Positions 27,639-38,186 of a DNA stretch of 64,000 nucleotides are shown here, piece after piece. Under the pieces are notes generated by a model, which made no database searches, was not told the DNA's origin, and was given only the letters and a program-made list of their open reading frames with translations. This DNA comes from Candidatus Bathyarchaeota archaeon. Its GTDB lineage: Archaea; Thermoproteota; Bathyarchaeia; TCS64. How positions within the stretch are numbered: the stretch's first letter is position 1; every line of letters begins with the position of its first letter. The stretch is taken from contig JASFTK010000001.1 of the NCBI GenBank assembly GCA_050053595.1, positions 25,842-89,841 of the forward strand, given 5' to 3'. The position numbers and the translations under genes were made by a program.

Positions 27639-30554
27639 TTATTCCACATAGATAGCGGGCCTGTAGGGTTTGGCCCGGGCTGCCCTGTTCTCCGGGTCGT
27701 GGATCCAGGGGTCGCTCTCGTTGGCAATGGTGACCCCGCAGCCCATCTCTTGCTCGAAGAATCCGGAGGCGTCTTCTATGAGGTTCAGCTCGCTGAAAGC
27801 CCCCCTACCCAATCTCCTCTCCAAGACCTTTGGGGGGATCTTCTTGACGTCCTCTGCTATGGTCCTTGCGAAGCCCGGGACTGCCTTCGCGTGGGCCTTG
27901 ACCTCCTCGTTCTTGAAAGACTCCTGGATCAGGGTGCCTATCTCCAACTTTCCTTTCTTGGCCAGCTCCAGGGCTTTGAGATAGACCTTCCATTTCCACG
28001 TGGTCGCGGTGTAGAAATGGATCCGGGTCGGCTCGATACCTGTCACCCTCACTATCTTCTTGACATCTTCAAGGGTGTCCCGGATGATCTGCTCCATCTC
28101 CTCAGCCTCGGGTTTGATAAGCCCAGGATCAGGAGTAGGCCACGGGGCGAATGATACGAGGCTGTCGTTACCCATAGCTTCCCAGATCTCCTCGCATATG
28201 TGGGGGGTAAAGGGCGCGAGGATCCTCACTTGGGCGTCCACCACCTTCCCCAGGACGTAGTTAATCGCTTTCTCCCTCTCCGGGTCATCCTTTTTACTTC
28301 TGACCCTGCGGCTGTACCAGCCTAGATCCTGATTGAGGTCGTAGAGGGCGGCGTGGATGGTCCTACGCACTTTCATCTCCTTCATCGCCTCCTCCGCCTC
28401 GGCTACGTACCCCTGGAGGCAGCTCAGCATCCACTCATCGATCTCAGTGAGTACGGATGCCTCCCTGTACTTCTCCCCAACGATCTCCATCGCGTTGGAG
28501 TAGAAACTCTCCAGGTTGTCCTGCATCGATTTAGCCAGCTCGGGGCTGAAATCCGCGTCCTTCAGGGGCTCGGCGGTGATCATCAGCGCCAGCCTGAGAG
28601 GGTCGGTGTGGAACTGGTCGATGGCGTTGGCCAGGGGGATGATGTTGTTCATCGATTTGCTCATCTTCTCCCCCTCCATCAAGACGCTGCCGTTGACCAC
28701 GATGCCCCGGGGCCACTTCTCCTGGGGGAAGATCGCGTCGTGGTTGAAGATCATGAAGGTGAGGTGGTTCGAGATCAGGTCTCGCCCTGAGTGTCTGGCG
28801 TCCAACGGATAGAAGTACTCGAACTGGTCCCTGACAGCCTCCAGTTCCTCAATGGGGATATCGATCATCTCGGAGACGGCCTCGGCGGAGCCCTCCCCCA
28901 GGAAGACGTAGTCCCAGAAATCCTCGGTGAGGGAGTCAGGGTCTGGTTGTAACTTGTAGATGTTCTTGATTACGGTGTAGTATGCCATGTATATGGTGGA
29001 GTCGCTGAGGCTCTCGATGATCCACTCAGGGGCCCACGGCAGCTTGGTGCCCATCCCGACATTCCGGGCGCAGGCCTTCCTGTCCAGCCAGTCGATGACA
29101 TATATATACTCCCGCCTCAGTTCCTTGGGGATGATCTCCATCTCCGCCAGATTCTCGTGGGCGAGCGCCTTCCAGGACGTGGCGCCGTAGTCAATAAACC
29201 ACTGGTTCTCGAATATCTTAACCAGGACGTCGGAGCCACAGCGGCACTGCACAGGCTCGATCAACTCGTACATCGTCGTGGCCCGGCCGTCGGCGATCAT
29301 GTCCTCCTTCACCGCGTCCTTGGCCCTGTCGACGGTCAATCCGACGTATTGCCCGGTTATTCCCTTGAGGCGGCCGTTGTGGAACTCTTGACTGTAGACC
29401 TCTCTGGTGGCCTTCTCCAGTTTAGGGTCGTCCTGCTCGGTGATCCCCATCTTTTCCACTACGTCAGCGGCGGGGACCTCCCCCCAGCCCTGGACTTCGA
29501 TGAGGCTTATGGGTTTCAGCTTCGCTATGTCCGACCGTCTCATGTTGAACCTCTCATACTCGTCCCTTGGGGCTTTCTTCAGTTGCTCTAGGGCGACCAA
29601 GTCGAATGGGGCGTGGGCGGGCACCGACATCACCACCCCTGTGGCGTTCTTGGGGTCGACGAATGTGGCTGGCAGTATGGGGATCTCATTTCCGGTCATG
29701 GGGTTGGTGAGGGTCCCACCTATCAGCTTGCTGCCTAGGTACTCGGTGACGACCTCGACCTCGTATCCCAGGAATTGGAGCTTGTTGGCCGCGTCTGCGC
29801 TCACCAGCCAGACCTCTCCTTCCACCTTCACCTCGACATATAGTGTGTCGGGGTTGAGCCACATGTTAGTGACCCCGAAGACGGTCTCAGGGCGGAGGGT
29901 GGCGGCGGGATAGACGACATCACCACGCTTGAACTTGATGACCGTGAACTCCTCGATCTCGGGTTCCTTATCACCGACAGTGTCGTGCTGTCCCACAGGG
30001 TTACCGCAGCCGGGGCACCAGCCCACTGGGTGGCTCCCTTGGGTTATATAACCTCGCTGCCTGAGCTTGGCGAACTGCCACTCGATGAACTTGCTGTATA
30101 TGGGGTCGATGGTGGTGAACTCTCGGCGCCAGTCGATGCTGAACCCCATCAGCTGCATCCCTGTCTTGATCTCCTCGGCGAAGTACGCCGCCATCCCTGT
30201 GGGGGTCTCCAGTCTGTGCAGCTCGTCCTCTGGGATGTTGTAGATGTTGACGAAGGTGTCGAGGAGTTCCGGGTCCTTCTCCTTGAGCCTGTCCACCATC
30301 GCGATTACGGGGGTACCGGTGTAGTGGAACGCCATAGGGAAGAGGACATTGTAGCCCTGCATCCTCCGGTAGCGGGCGTGGACATCGGTCAGTGTGTAGG
30401 TCCTGCCGTGACCTATGTGCTGGGGGGAGTTGGGGTAGGGGTAAGCGACTGTGATGAAGTACTTGGGCTTCTCAGGGTCAGGGTCAGCCTCGAAGACCCC
30501 GGCCTCCGCCCACCGCCTCCTCCACTTCTCCTCGATGTTCTTCCAATCAACCAT
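27639..30554 (-). CDS. leuS: Leucyl-tRNA synthetase (archaeal/eukaryotic type)
   Basis: YPYPN..HIGH, TLRPET, GVVMSVPAHAP and KMSKS motifs. Confidence 0.97.
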   Translation of the reverse strand: MVDWKNIEEKWRRRWAEAGVFEADPDPEKPKYFITVAYPYPNSPQHIGHGRTYTLTDVHARYRRMQGYNVLFPMAFHYTGTPVIAMVDRLKEKDPELLDTFVNIYNIPEDELHRLETPTGMAAYFAEEIKTGMQLMGFSIDWRREFTTIDPIYSKFIEWQFAKLRQRGYITQGSHPVGWCPGCGNPVGQHDTVGDKEPEIEEFTVIKFKRGDVVYPAATLRPETVFGVTNMWLNPDTLYVEVKVEGEVWLVSADAANKLQFLGYEVEVVTEYLGSKLIGGTLTNPMTGNEIPILPATFVDPKNATGVVMSVPAHAPFDLVALEQLKKAPRDEYERFNMRRSDIAKLKPISLIEVQGWGEVPAADVVEKMGITEQDDPKLEKATREVYSQEFHNGRLKGITGQYVGLTVDRAKDAVKEDMIADGRATTMYELIEPVQCRCGSDVLVKIFENQWFIDYGATSWKALAHENLAEMEIIPKELRREYIYVIDWLDRKACARNVGMGTKLPWAPEWIIESLSDSTIYMAYYTVIKNIYKLQPDPDSLTEDFWDYVFLGEGSAEAVSEMIDIPIEELEAVRDQFEYFYPLDARHSGRDLISNHLTFMIFNHDAIFPQEKWPRGIVVNGSVLMEGEKMSKSMNNIIPLANAIDQFHTDPLRLALMITAEPLKDADFSPELAKSMQDNLESFYSNAMEIVGEKYREASVLTEIDEWMLSCLQGYVAEAEEAMKEMKVRRTIHAALYDLNQDLGWYSRRVRSKKDDPEREKAINYVLGKVVDAQVRILAPFTPHICEEIWEAMGNDSLVSFAPWPTPDPGLIKPEAEEMEQIIRDTLEDVKKIVRVTGIEPTRIHFYTATTWKWKVYLKALELAKKGKLEIGTLIQESFKNEEVKAHAKAVPGFARTIAEDVKKIPPKVLERRLGRGAFSELNLIEDASGFFEQEMGCGVTIANESDPWIHDPENRAARAKPYRPAIYVE

Positions 30555-30639
30555 CGTATCACCTACTCATCTAGATTTGCGGGTTATTTTCGATTGTCAG
30601 GGGAATAAAGGTTGTGAGTAAAAATCGTTGCGGAACCCC

Positions 30640-33372
30640 TCAGCTGAGCTGATCCCTGAGGGTTTCCCTTATCACTTCCCTAGACCCCCTGAACTTCTCA
30701 GGGTCTCCTCCACCCCCCTGACCGAAATGGGGCTGCCCACCCCCCTGCCCTCCGATCATCTCTGAGACCTTGGAAGTCAGTCTCCCGGCGTGGACCCCCT
30801 TGGAGATGGCCACCTCTCCCACTTTAACTACGAGCCTCCCCTCGTCCTCGGAGAACAATAAGGCAACAACTCCCTCGTCGTTCTCTGCTAGAGCGTTCCC
30901 CACCTCGATTAGGAAGTCAGGGTCCGTTTTATCGGAGTGGACCACGAGCGTGATACCGTCGACATCCTCGGCTTCTTCAATCAGCCTCTGGGCGGTCTGT
31001 CTGGAAGCCGCGAGTTGGAGGGTCTCAAGTTGCTTCTTGAGCTCTTTATCTTGGTCAATTAACGTGGCGGTTGATGTTCCCACCTGATGATATGTTGTGC
31101 CAAGTAGTTCAGCAGCTTCCATGAGGCTCCTCTCCCTCCTCTGGACCTCGGCGAGGGCGTGGGGACCCACTGCGTAGATCAGGCGCTCGACACCATCTTG
31201 GACCCTCTCAGTGTTCACTATCTTGATGAGCCCCGCCTCAGAGGTGTTAGAGAGGTGGGTCCCACCACACGCCTCGACATCCCAACCCCCCTCCACCTCG
31301 ACGACCCTGATCTCCTTCCCGGGGACCGCCCCCCCTTGATAGAGCCTGAACCCGTACTCTGCCTCTGCGTCGTTCCTCTGCATCCAGCGGCAGGCGACGG
31401 GTCGGCCCTCCCAGACAACCATATTGGCGAGGCGTTCTATCTCCTCGACCTGCTCCCTTGTGAGCCTCTTGTAGTGACTGATGTCAAGGCGGCTGGTCTC
31501 CACCCCTTTCTGGGCACCAGACTGCCATGCATGATCCCCCAAGACCCTCCGGGCAGCCCCAAGGATCAGGTGGGTGGCTGTGTGGGCTCTCATCAGGGCG
31601 AGCCGCCTCTCCCAGTCGATGACACCCCTCACCTTGTCTCCGACACCGATCTCTGACGCGTCGTCAACCTTGTGAAGTATCACCCCCTCGATGGATAAAA
31701 CGTTCTCCACCTGGACCTCGGTTTCATCTTTCTCCAATTTACCGATGTCTGAGATCTGTCCCCCGCCCTCCGCGTAGAACCCGGTCTGGTCGAGGACGAT
31801 GTATCCGCCAGAGATGATCGCCTTAACTTCCGCTCTGAACTCCCTCAGATAAGGGTCCTCGTAGAATAGAGCCCTGGTAGCCTCCATCCCCTCTACCTCC
31901 GAGGCGAGTTCATCCTCCCTTGTCTCCCTATCCCCGCCCTCGCCGGTGAGGTGCCTCATGGCTACCAGAGAGTAAAAGTCCTCGGGGACCCCGACCTTCA
32001 CACCGGACTCGGAGGCGACCTCGGTGACGTCGTCGGGTGTGAGGCCATGGGAGTCATAGAACTCTACTAACTGGTCGACGGGGACACCCGCCTCGTTCCG
32101 CTGGAGGTAACGCTTGACCAGACCTCTACCCCTATTGAGGGTGTCCCGGTATTTCTCTCCCTCATGCTCCACCATCTCAAGTATATCATCACTCATCGAA
32201 TGGAGCTGGGGGAAATCGCCACCCCAGAACCCAATCTGGGCCTCCACTAGATCCGGTAGCCGGTCCTCGATACCGATCCTGCGGAGGAGCCTGTAGATAC
32301 GCCTGTAGAGGAGACGGGCTAGGTAGCCCTCACGGACATTGGAGGGCACCACCCCCTCTGAGAGAATAAATGCCAGACTCTTGGAGTGGTCGAGGACCGC
32401 GTAGACTGACTCCACCGGGGTAAGCTGTCGGTCCAACTCTCCGGGGTCGATGCCGACCAGCTTCGCTATCTTCTCCCTCTCCATCTCTTTATTACCCGAG
32501 GTGATGCGGCAGGAATACTTAGCTGTCTCTGCGAGGAGTTCGGTGTCTGGGCTTATCCTCGCCCATCCCATGACCTCGTCAAGGATGGATCCGTATATGG
32601 TGTGGAAGGCGCTGGGGGAGCCCTGGCTCAGCCACGCCCACCTCTCCATACCGTATCCGGTGTCCACAACCTGGATGGGCATCGGCTCCATCCGGTCCCC
32701 GATCACACGGTACATCATGAACACCAGGGTGGAGACCTCTAGGCCGCCGACGCATCCCTCTAGGTCGAATCCCGCGTTACCCCCACCACTCCAGAGTCCC
32801 TCCTTGTAGGTGACCAGCTCATCTTTGACCCCTAGATCTTCTGTGAGCAACTCGTGGTGGTAGCGGACGGTCTGGTCTTTCCAGTAGATCTGAGGCTCCC
32901 CCTCGTAGTTGAAAGCGTGGTGGCCTCCCATCTCAAAGAAGGTGAGGTGACGTCCAGCCGTGTAGCCGGCCAAGTCGATGTCCTCGAACCTTATGCAAGG
33001 CTGGCTGACGACCAGAGGGTTCCCAGGCGGGGGTATGATGCCCTCGGTGACGTAGGGCTGGAAGTCGATGATGCTAGCGATGGTGATCATCAGGTCGTCC
33101 CGCCACCTGGCGACGACGGGGTAGGGACTCACCCGTAGGTGTCCCCTCTCTTCGAAGAATGAGAGGAACTTTTCCCTCATCTCGGAGACCGTGAACGGAC
33201 GGTTAACGGGGGGATCGCCGATGAAAGTGTAGTCGACGCAAGGTGCATCCCCGCAGTTCTCGGCGTCAGGGTCCAACGTCCAGTAGTGGAGGCCACAGCT
33301 GGGGCAGAGCTTCCTGACGTATCCCGTCTCAAGGAAGAATGGCAATCTGAACTCGTCTGGGGGTACTTCCAC
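30640..33372 (-). CDS. alaS: Alanyl-tRNA synthetase (archaeal type)
   Basis: YPVVARWRDD, TFFEM, DTGYG.ER, editing motifs HTATH and CGGTH. Start reassigned to GTG 33372 (or TTG 33381) to avoid overlapping rpl12. Confidence 0.96.
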   Translation of the reverse strand: MEVPPDEFRLPFFLETGYVRKLCPSCGLHYWTLDPDAENCGDAPCVDYTFIGDPPVNRPFTVSEMREKFLSFFEERGHLRVSPYPVVARWRDDLMITIASIIDFQPYVTEGIIPPPGNPLVVSQPCIRFEDIDLAGYTAGRHLTFFEMGGHHAFNYEGEPQIYWKDQTVRYHHELLTEDLGVKDELVTYKEGLWSGGGNAGFDLEGCVGGLEVSTLVFMMYRVIGDRMEPMPIQVVDTGYGMERWAWLSQGSPSAFHTIYGSILDEVMGWARISPDTELLAETAKYSCRITSGNKEMEREKIAKLVGIDPGELDRQLTPVESVYAVLDHSKSLAFILSEGVVPSNVREGYLARLLYRRIYRLLRRIGIEDRLPDLVEAQIGFWGGDFPQLHSMSDDILEMVEHEGEKYRDTLNRGRGLVKRYLQRNEAGVPVDQLVEFYDSHGLTPDDVTEVASESGVKVGVPEDFYSLVAMRHLTGEGGDRETREDELASEVEGMEATRALFYEDPYLREFRAEVKAIISGGYIVLDQTGFYAEGGGQISDIGKLEKDETEVQVENVLSIEGVILHKVDDASEIGVGDKVRGVIDWERRLALMRAHTATHLILGAARRVLGDHAWQSGAQKGVETSRLDISHYKRLTREQVEEIERLANMVVWEGRPVACRWMQRNDAEAEYGFRLYQGGAVPGKEIRVVEVEGGWDVEACGGTHLSNTSEAGLIKIVNTERVQDGVERLIYAVGPHALAEVQRRERSLMEAAELLGTTYHQVGTSTATLIDQDKELKKQLETLQLAASRQTAQRLIEEAEDVDGITLVVHSDKTDPDFLIEVGNALAENDEGVVALLFSEDEGRLVVKVGEVAISKGVHAGRLTSKVSEMIGGQGGGQPHFGQGGGGDPEKFRGSREVIRETLRDQLS

Positions 33373-33424
33373 GTGGCTCAATCTCCCGCAGGGGGAATGG
33401 TCTGGGGAGTGGAAAAAACTTTGC

Positions 33425-33727
33425 TTAAGCACCGAAGAGGGCGCTGAGTCCCTGTAGGTCCTCTTCTTCCTCTTCTTCTTCCTCTTCCTCCGGCTCCTCC
33501 TCTTCCTCCTCCTGAGCGACAGGGGCGGCAGAGGGTGCAGCGGCAGCGGTGACGACGGGGGCCTTAAGCGCCTCGTCGATATCGACCTCCGCAAGGGCGG
33601 CAACAAGGGCCTTCACCCTGACGGCGTCAGGGCTGATCCCTGCGGCGTTTAGAATATTCCCTATGGAATTCTCATTGATCTCCTCACCGGCGCTGTGGAG
33701 CAACATCGCGGCGTACATATATTCCAT
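33425..33727 (-). CDS. rpl12: Ribosomal stalk protein P1/L12
   Basis: [14 protein letters not shown], Ala-rich hinge, acidic tail ending GLSALFGA. Confidence 0.96.
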   Translation of the reverse strand: MEYMYAAMLLHSAGEEINENSIGNILNAAGISPDAVRVKALVAALAEVDIDEALKAPVVTAAAAPSAAPVAQEEEEEEPEEEEEEEEEEDLQGLSALFGA

Positions 33728-33863
33728 CTTTTAACCTCTCATGGTCCGGTCCGGCGGACCGTGAAGTAACGAGTATAGAACCGGCTTTTATTCTTTCCTA
33801 TTTCTACACCCTAACTGAGGAAATGTTTTATCGTCTACGAACTAGAAAAGGTGTGAGACTCGG

Positions 33864-34745
33864 ATGACTAGGAGAATCAGGAAGAAACCGGTGGAGGCCC
33901 TCGACGCCCTCGTGGACTCCGTCCTTGACCCTCACACCCCACCGATTGCGAGGATTGAACCCGGGGAGACTGTGGAGATCGAGACCTGGAGCGCACTCAC
34001 CAAGGTCACCAACCCTGTGACCGGCCCCCTTTATGTGGTGGGAGCCGAGCCCGGGGACACCCTGGTCGTCGAGATACTGGACATAGAACTCCCTGACCGG
34101 GGGACAGTGGCCATCATCCCTGGCTTTGGAGCCTTGGAGGGCTGGCTGAACCTCATGGAGCCCAAGAGAAAGGAATGCGAGATCAGAGAAGGCAAGATAC
34201 TCTACGAGAGGGATGATGGGAAGAACTTCGAGCTAGAAGCTGATCCCTTCATAGGAACCATCGGGGTCTCACCCAGTGTCGAGGCTGTATCCAGCCTCAC
34301 CCCCGGCCTTCACGGGGGGAACATGGATTGCCCCGACATAAAGCCAGGGAACAAGCTGATGCTACCTGTCTCCAGACCTGGCGCCCTCTTCAAGCTCGGC
34401 GACGTCCATGCCGTCCAGGGAGATGGAGAGTTGTGTGGGGTCGCCATCGAGGTAGACGCCGTTGTCACCCTCAGGTTCAACCTTGTCAAAGATGGGGGTC
34501 TCACGTGGCCGAGGATCGAGTCGCCTGAGGAGATTATGGCCGTGGGCAGCGCCCGGCCGCTGGAGGACGCGGCCCGCCATGCCTTCAGAGAGATGGTGGA
34601 ATGGATGGTCGCTGACCACGGCTGGACCCCCGATGATGCCTACATGTTCTTAAGCGTGGTGGCGAAAGCAAGGATAGCGCAGATCGTTGACCCCCTTTAT
34701 ACGGTGGTCGCGAAGCTATCGAAGAAGTATTTAGAGGTGAATTAG
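33864..34745 (+). CDS. Acetamidase/formamidase family protein
   Basis: NPVTGPLYVVGAEPGD, HGGNMD and GDVHAVQGDGE motifs. Confidence 0.9.
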   Translation: MTRRIRKKPVEALDALVDSVLDPHTPPIARIEPGETVEIETWSALTKVTNPVTGPLYVVGAEPGDTLVVEILDIELPDRGTVAIIPGFGALEGWLNLMEPKRKECEIREGKILYERDDGKNFELEADPFIGTIGVSPSVEAVSSLTPGLHGGNMDCPDIKPGNKLMLPVSRPGALFKLGDVHAVQGDGELCGVAIEVDAVVTLRFNLVKDGGLTWPRIESPEEIMAVGSARPLEDAARHAFREMVEWMVADHGWTPDDAYMFLSVVAKARIAQIVDPLYTVVAKLSKKYLEVN

Positions 34746-35039
34746 GTGGAAGAGACAGAGACCATTGTGTGCCCCAAGTGCGGCGGATCCATGATCAAGG
34801 GGAGGGTCATCATCCCCATCGAGAGGCTGAGCTCCCCTGAGATGGGTCAGCTCACCCCCGGCTTCATGAGGGAGGGCCTCCCCCCAATAGTGGAGAACTT
34901 CACCACCGTCCCCCACTGGGAAGAAAAGACAGGGGAAAAGACGGGGCTCATCTTCAAGAAGGACAAGATGATAACGATGAAGATACGCGCCCAACGTTGC
35001 ACCCTGTGTAACTACATCGAACTCTACGCCGAGGGATAG
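34746..35039 (+). CDS. Zinc-ribbon protein
   Basis: CPKCGGSMIKG...RCTLCNYIELY; GAGGTGA SD. Confidence 0.78.
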   Translation: MEETETIVCPKCGGSMIKGRVIIPIERLSSPEMGQLTPGFMREGLPPIVENFTTVPHWEEKTGEKTGLIFKKDKMITMKIRAQRCTLCNYIELYAEG

Positions 35040-35048
35040 ATGGACGGG

Positions 35049-35810
35049 TCAGAGTTCAAAGACATCTCTGTAAACGCCTCTCCTGTAGCAGGCTTTGATG
35101 CACTTCCCGCAAACCTCACCGTCCAACCCCAGGGCCACTATATAACGGCGACACTGCTCCCTATAATTCGGGAGCCTCTCCTTGTTCGCAAGGAACCGGC
35201 AGGCGTCAAGGCACGCCGAGCAGCCCCCGCAACCCTCGGAGGTCGGAGGGGTCCTCTCTAGAGGTAGGTCGGTGACCACCGATGCGAGTCTTATGGCACA
35301 GCTGTACCTGGGATTCACTATCAACTCGTTCCTCCCCCTCCAGCCCACCCCTGAGAGTTCAGCGGCGACCCTGTGAGACACAACAAGGGGGTAAAAGTCC
35401 TCTACGTGGGAGATCTCTTTAGCGATCCCCGTCGTCGTTGCGGGGATCGAGTATCCTCCGATATCTTCTGCCAGGAGGGAGGCGGTATCGTTCAGAGCGG
35501 TGTTCAGTCGATGGTACCAATCAGCGTAGACATTCCATAACTTTAGATCGTACCCCCCATCCCACTTCCGGGCGACAGCGTCAATGGCCTCCTCAGGGTA
35601 GGCGTAAGCAATACTGATGATGGACCCTCTCTCCAAGAGCCTATCAAATATATCTCCAGAATGTTCCCTGAGTCTAATCCTCTGGACCGGGAGGAGGCTA
35701 TCATAGACACCCTTGAATGATGCAACACCCAGAACGCCATTCAGCCCCCTCATTGAGGCTTCGGCCTCGAATCTTTGACGTATGCCATCCAGATCTCTGA
35801 GTCCCGACAT
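35049..35810 (-). CDS. QueG/reductive-dehalogenase-like Fe-S protein
   Basis: SHRVAAELSGVGWRGRN, IRLASVVTD, CGGCSACLDAC and CGKCIKAC motifs. Confidence 0.8.
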   Translation of the reverse strand: MSGLRDLDGIRQRFEAEASMRGLNGVLGVASFKGVYDSLLPVQRIRLREHSGDIFDRLLERGSIISIAYAYPEEAIDAVARKWDGGYDLKLWNVYADWYHRLNTALNDTASLLAEDIGGYSIPATTTGIAKEISHVEDFYPLVVSHRVAAELSGVGWRGRNELIVNPRYSCAIRLASVVTDLPLERTPPTSEGCGGCSACLDACRFLANKERLPNYREQCRRYIVALGLDGEVCGKCIKACYRRGVYRDVFEL

Positions 35811-35904
35811 CCCGAGTAATGTTACATCTCTGAATATAATGCTTTGAGCCCCCTTTGAAGAGTGTTATATATCGTTGAGAATGAGTGAATGGGAGAGAGA
35901 TCCT

Positions 35905-36666
35905 ATGAGGAATAATGTGAAGGAGACACTTGAGGAGGGCGGCGTTGCGCTCGGCGCATGGATATCCGTCCTGGACCCGGTCACGGCCCGTGTTGTAGCG
36001 GGTTCTGGGCTCGATTGGGTGCTATTCGACACCGAACATGGGCCCTCCGGCATCGAGACCATCGACGGCCTTGTCCGGGGTGTCATCGGTGCAGGAGCCT
36101 CCCCCCTGATTAGGGTAGTCTGGAATGACATCAACGCTATAAAGAAAGCCCTCGACACAGGGGTTTACGGCATAGTGGTGCCATGGGTCAACACCAAGGA
36201 AGAGGCAGAGAAGGCGGTCAGCTATACAAGGTACGCTCCTGAAGGTCTCAGGGGCTGCGCTGCAGGCCGCCCCGCCAGCGCTTGGGGGATGACGGGGAAG
36301 GAGTATATGGATATAGTAAACGACCAAATCTTCGTTGCTGTCCAGATCGAGACCAAGAAGGCTGTGGATAACATCGACGAGATAGTCTCAGCAGAAGGGG
36401 TTGACGCCACCTTTGTAGGACCCTCCGACCTATCCGCCTCATACGGGGTCAGAGGGCAGTTCTGGCACCCCAAGGTACGGGGAGCCCTTGAGACGATCAT
36501 CGAAGCCTCTGAGGCCGCCGGGGTGGCGCCGGGTATCGCCTTCGGAAAGGGACCCGAACACTGCGTGGAGCTTATCGAGCAGGGCTTCAGATTCATCGGG
36601 GTAGGTGGCGACACAGCGTTCCTGAGGAGAGGGTGCGAGGCAACTCTAGCCAAGATTCAGGGTTGA
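35905..36666 (+). CDS. HpcH/HpaI (2-keto-3-deoxy acid) aldolase
   Basis: DWVLFDTEHG, ALDTG, QIET and FVGPSDLS motifs. Confidence 0.92.
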   Translation: MRNNVKETLEEGGVALGAWISVLDPVTARVVAGSGLDWVLFDTEHGPSGIETIDGLVRGVIGAGASPLIRVVWNDINAIKKALDTGVYGIVVPWVNTKEEAEKAVSYTRYAPEGLRGCAAGRPASAWGMTGKEYMDIVNDQIFVAVQIETKKAVDNIDEIVSAEGVDATFVGPSDLSASYGVRGQFWHPKVRGALETIIEASEAAGVAPGIAFGKGPEHCVELIEQGFRFIGVGGDTAFLRRGCEATLAKIQG

Positions 36667-36838
36667 TTCCCCCCCATATGCCATAGAATCTAGGTCTATT
36701 GATGCCTGAGCCGGTTTCTCTAATGGTGATAGTTAACCTCCTCCATGGAGCGAGGTAGCCATCCCCATTTCTGCCCGGGTTCTGTCGAATTTAGAAACTT
36801 TTTTTCCTTGTCGTTCACACTGTCTGGTTGAGGTTGTT

Positions 36839-37300
36839 GTGTTGAGTGTGTTGAGTTTCCTTAAGAGTATGGTTGGGGCTGAGGAGGAGATCGTCCGCTC
36901 GGTAGAGGGTTCGATGGTCGATTTACAGAACTATGCTGTCAGGAGCGCTCTGAAGGGGATCTCATACGACTCCCTGAAACACGCTGAGATGTACAGATCT
37001 GCAGCGGATCTCCTCTCAGAGCCTCGACCCGCATTAGACGAGAGGCAATTGGACGTTCAACGAGATTTAGTGGCCAAGCACATCAGGATGGAGGAGAAGG
37101 TCATTACCAAACTGGAGAAAATGATCCCTGAGGTCGAGAACGAGAAGGTCTCCTTCTTGTTAGAGGCGATTATCGAGGACGAGAGACGCCACCACAAAGT
37201 GCTGAAAAGGGTTGAGAAACTACTGATCCAAGGGGAGACTGTGACTGATGAGGACTGGTGGGATGCAGTCTGGGGAGACGCGCCAGGCCTCTGGACATGA
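36839..37300 (+). CDS. Ferritin-like four-helix bundle protein
   Basis: E..., DSLKH, H..ME and DERRHH diiron-type repeats. Confidence 0.78.
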   Translation: MLSVLSFLKSMVGAEEEIVRSVEGSMVDLQNYAVRSALKGISYDSLKHAEMYRSAADLLSEPRPALDERQLDVQRDLVAKHIRMEEKVITKLEKMIPEVENEKVSFLLEAIIEDERRHHKVLKRVEKLLIQGETVTDEDWWDAVWGDAPGLWT

Positions 37301-37407
37301 ACGAAACATTAGAAATCTCGAAAAAACACAGTCCATTTATCGTGACCACTTGAACACCGGGATTGTGAGCGATCAACACTATATATCAGCACCTGAATCT
37401 TTTATCC

Positions 37408-37566
37408 ATGTCAAAATGGCAATGCACTGTCTGTGGCTACATCTACGACCCGGATGAGGGAGACCCCGATGGGGGTGTTGAGCCGGGGACACCTTTCGAG
37501 GAGCTCCCGGATGACTGGGTCTGTCCCGTCTGCGGGGCCGCCAAGTCCGAATTCGAGGAGATGTAG
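37408..37566 (+). CDS. Rubredoxin (52 aa, absent from the ORF track)
   Basis: [52 protein letters not shown]. Confidence 0.96.
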   Translation: MSKWQCTVCGYIYDPDEGDPDGGVEPGTPFEELPDDWVCPVCGAAKSEFEEM

Positions 37567-37729
37567 GTCAGGGATCCCAGATCTCGGTTGGACCCCTCCT
37601 TGGGTTTCGCTGGCCCCGCATAACCTTTTTATCCCTATTTCAGGGTTAGAACAGACGAACCGGCTGAAACAACTAGATATATATGTCGGTCCCCTTACAA
37701 ATTGAGTGCATTAGAAAAAGGGATGGAAT

Positions 37730-38185
37730 ATGACTACCGTCTACGACGTACCCGCCGATGCCCTCATCGAGAGGCTCTCAGTCTACCTTAAGGGCAACTT
37801 CCAAGAACTCACGCCTCCCGAGTGGGCAGACTATGTCAAGACCGGGCCTCATGTCGAGAGGGCCCCCCAGAACCCCGACTGGTGGTACGTCAGGGCGTCC
37901 TCCATGATGAGAAAGCTCTACACGCGGGGGCCTCTCGGGGTCTCTAGGCTCCGTAAAGCCTATGGAGGCCGTAGGCGGAGAGGCGTTAAACCCGCTCATT
38001 TCAGGAAAGCTGGTGGCAATATCATCAGGACCCTCCTGCAGCAGTTGGAGAAGGTAGAGTTAGTCGAGAAGGATGGTATCAAGGGCAGGATGGTCAGCGC
38101 GAAGGGGAGGAGCCTTCTCGATGCTATGTCGGGTCAGATAAAGCGGGAGATGGACAGAGAGGACCCGGAGTTTAAGAAGTACTGA
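37730..38185 (+). CDS. rps19e: 30S ribosomal protein S19e
   Basis: MTTVYDVP, PEW..VKTG, DWWYVRA and LQQLE motifs. Confidence 0.97.
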   Translation: MTTVYDVPADALIERLSVYLKGNFQELTPPEWADYVKTGPHVERAPQNPDWWYVRASSMMRKLYTRGPLGVSRLRKAYGGRRRRGVKPAHFRKAGGNIIRTLLQQLEKVELVEKDGIKGRMVSAKGRSLLDAMSGQIKREMDREDPEFKKY

Positions 38186-38186
38186 G

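Noticed and set aside
33373..33606. N-terminal extension of AlaRS (988-aa ORF)
   Set aside because: An alternative frame of the low-complexity rpl12 tail; AlaRS homology starts near 33372
36720..36765. Fluoride riboswitch-like GGTGAT start
   Set aside because: Lacks the conserved pairing and 3' motif; the downstream gene is unrelated
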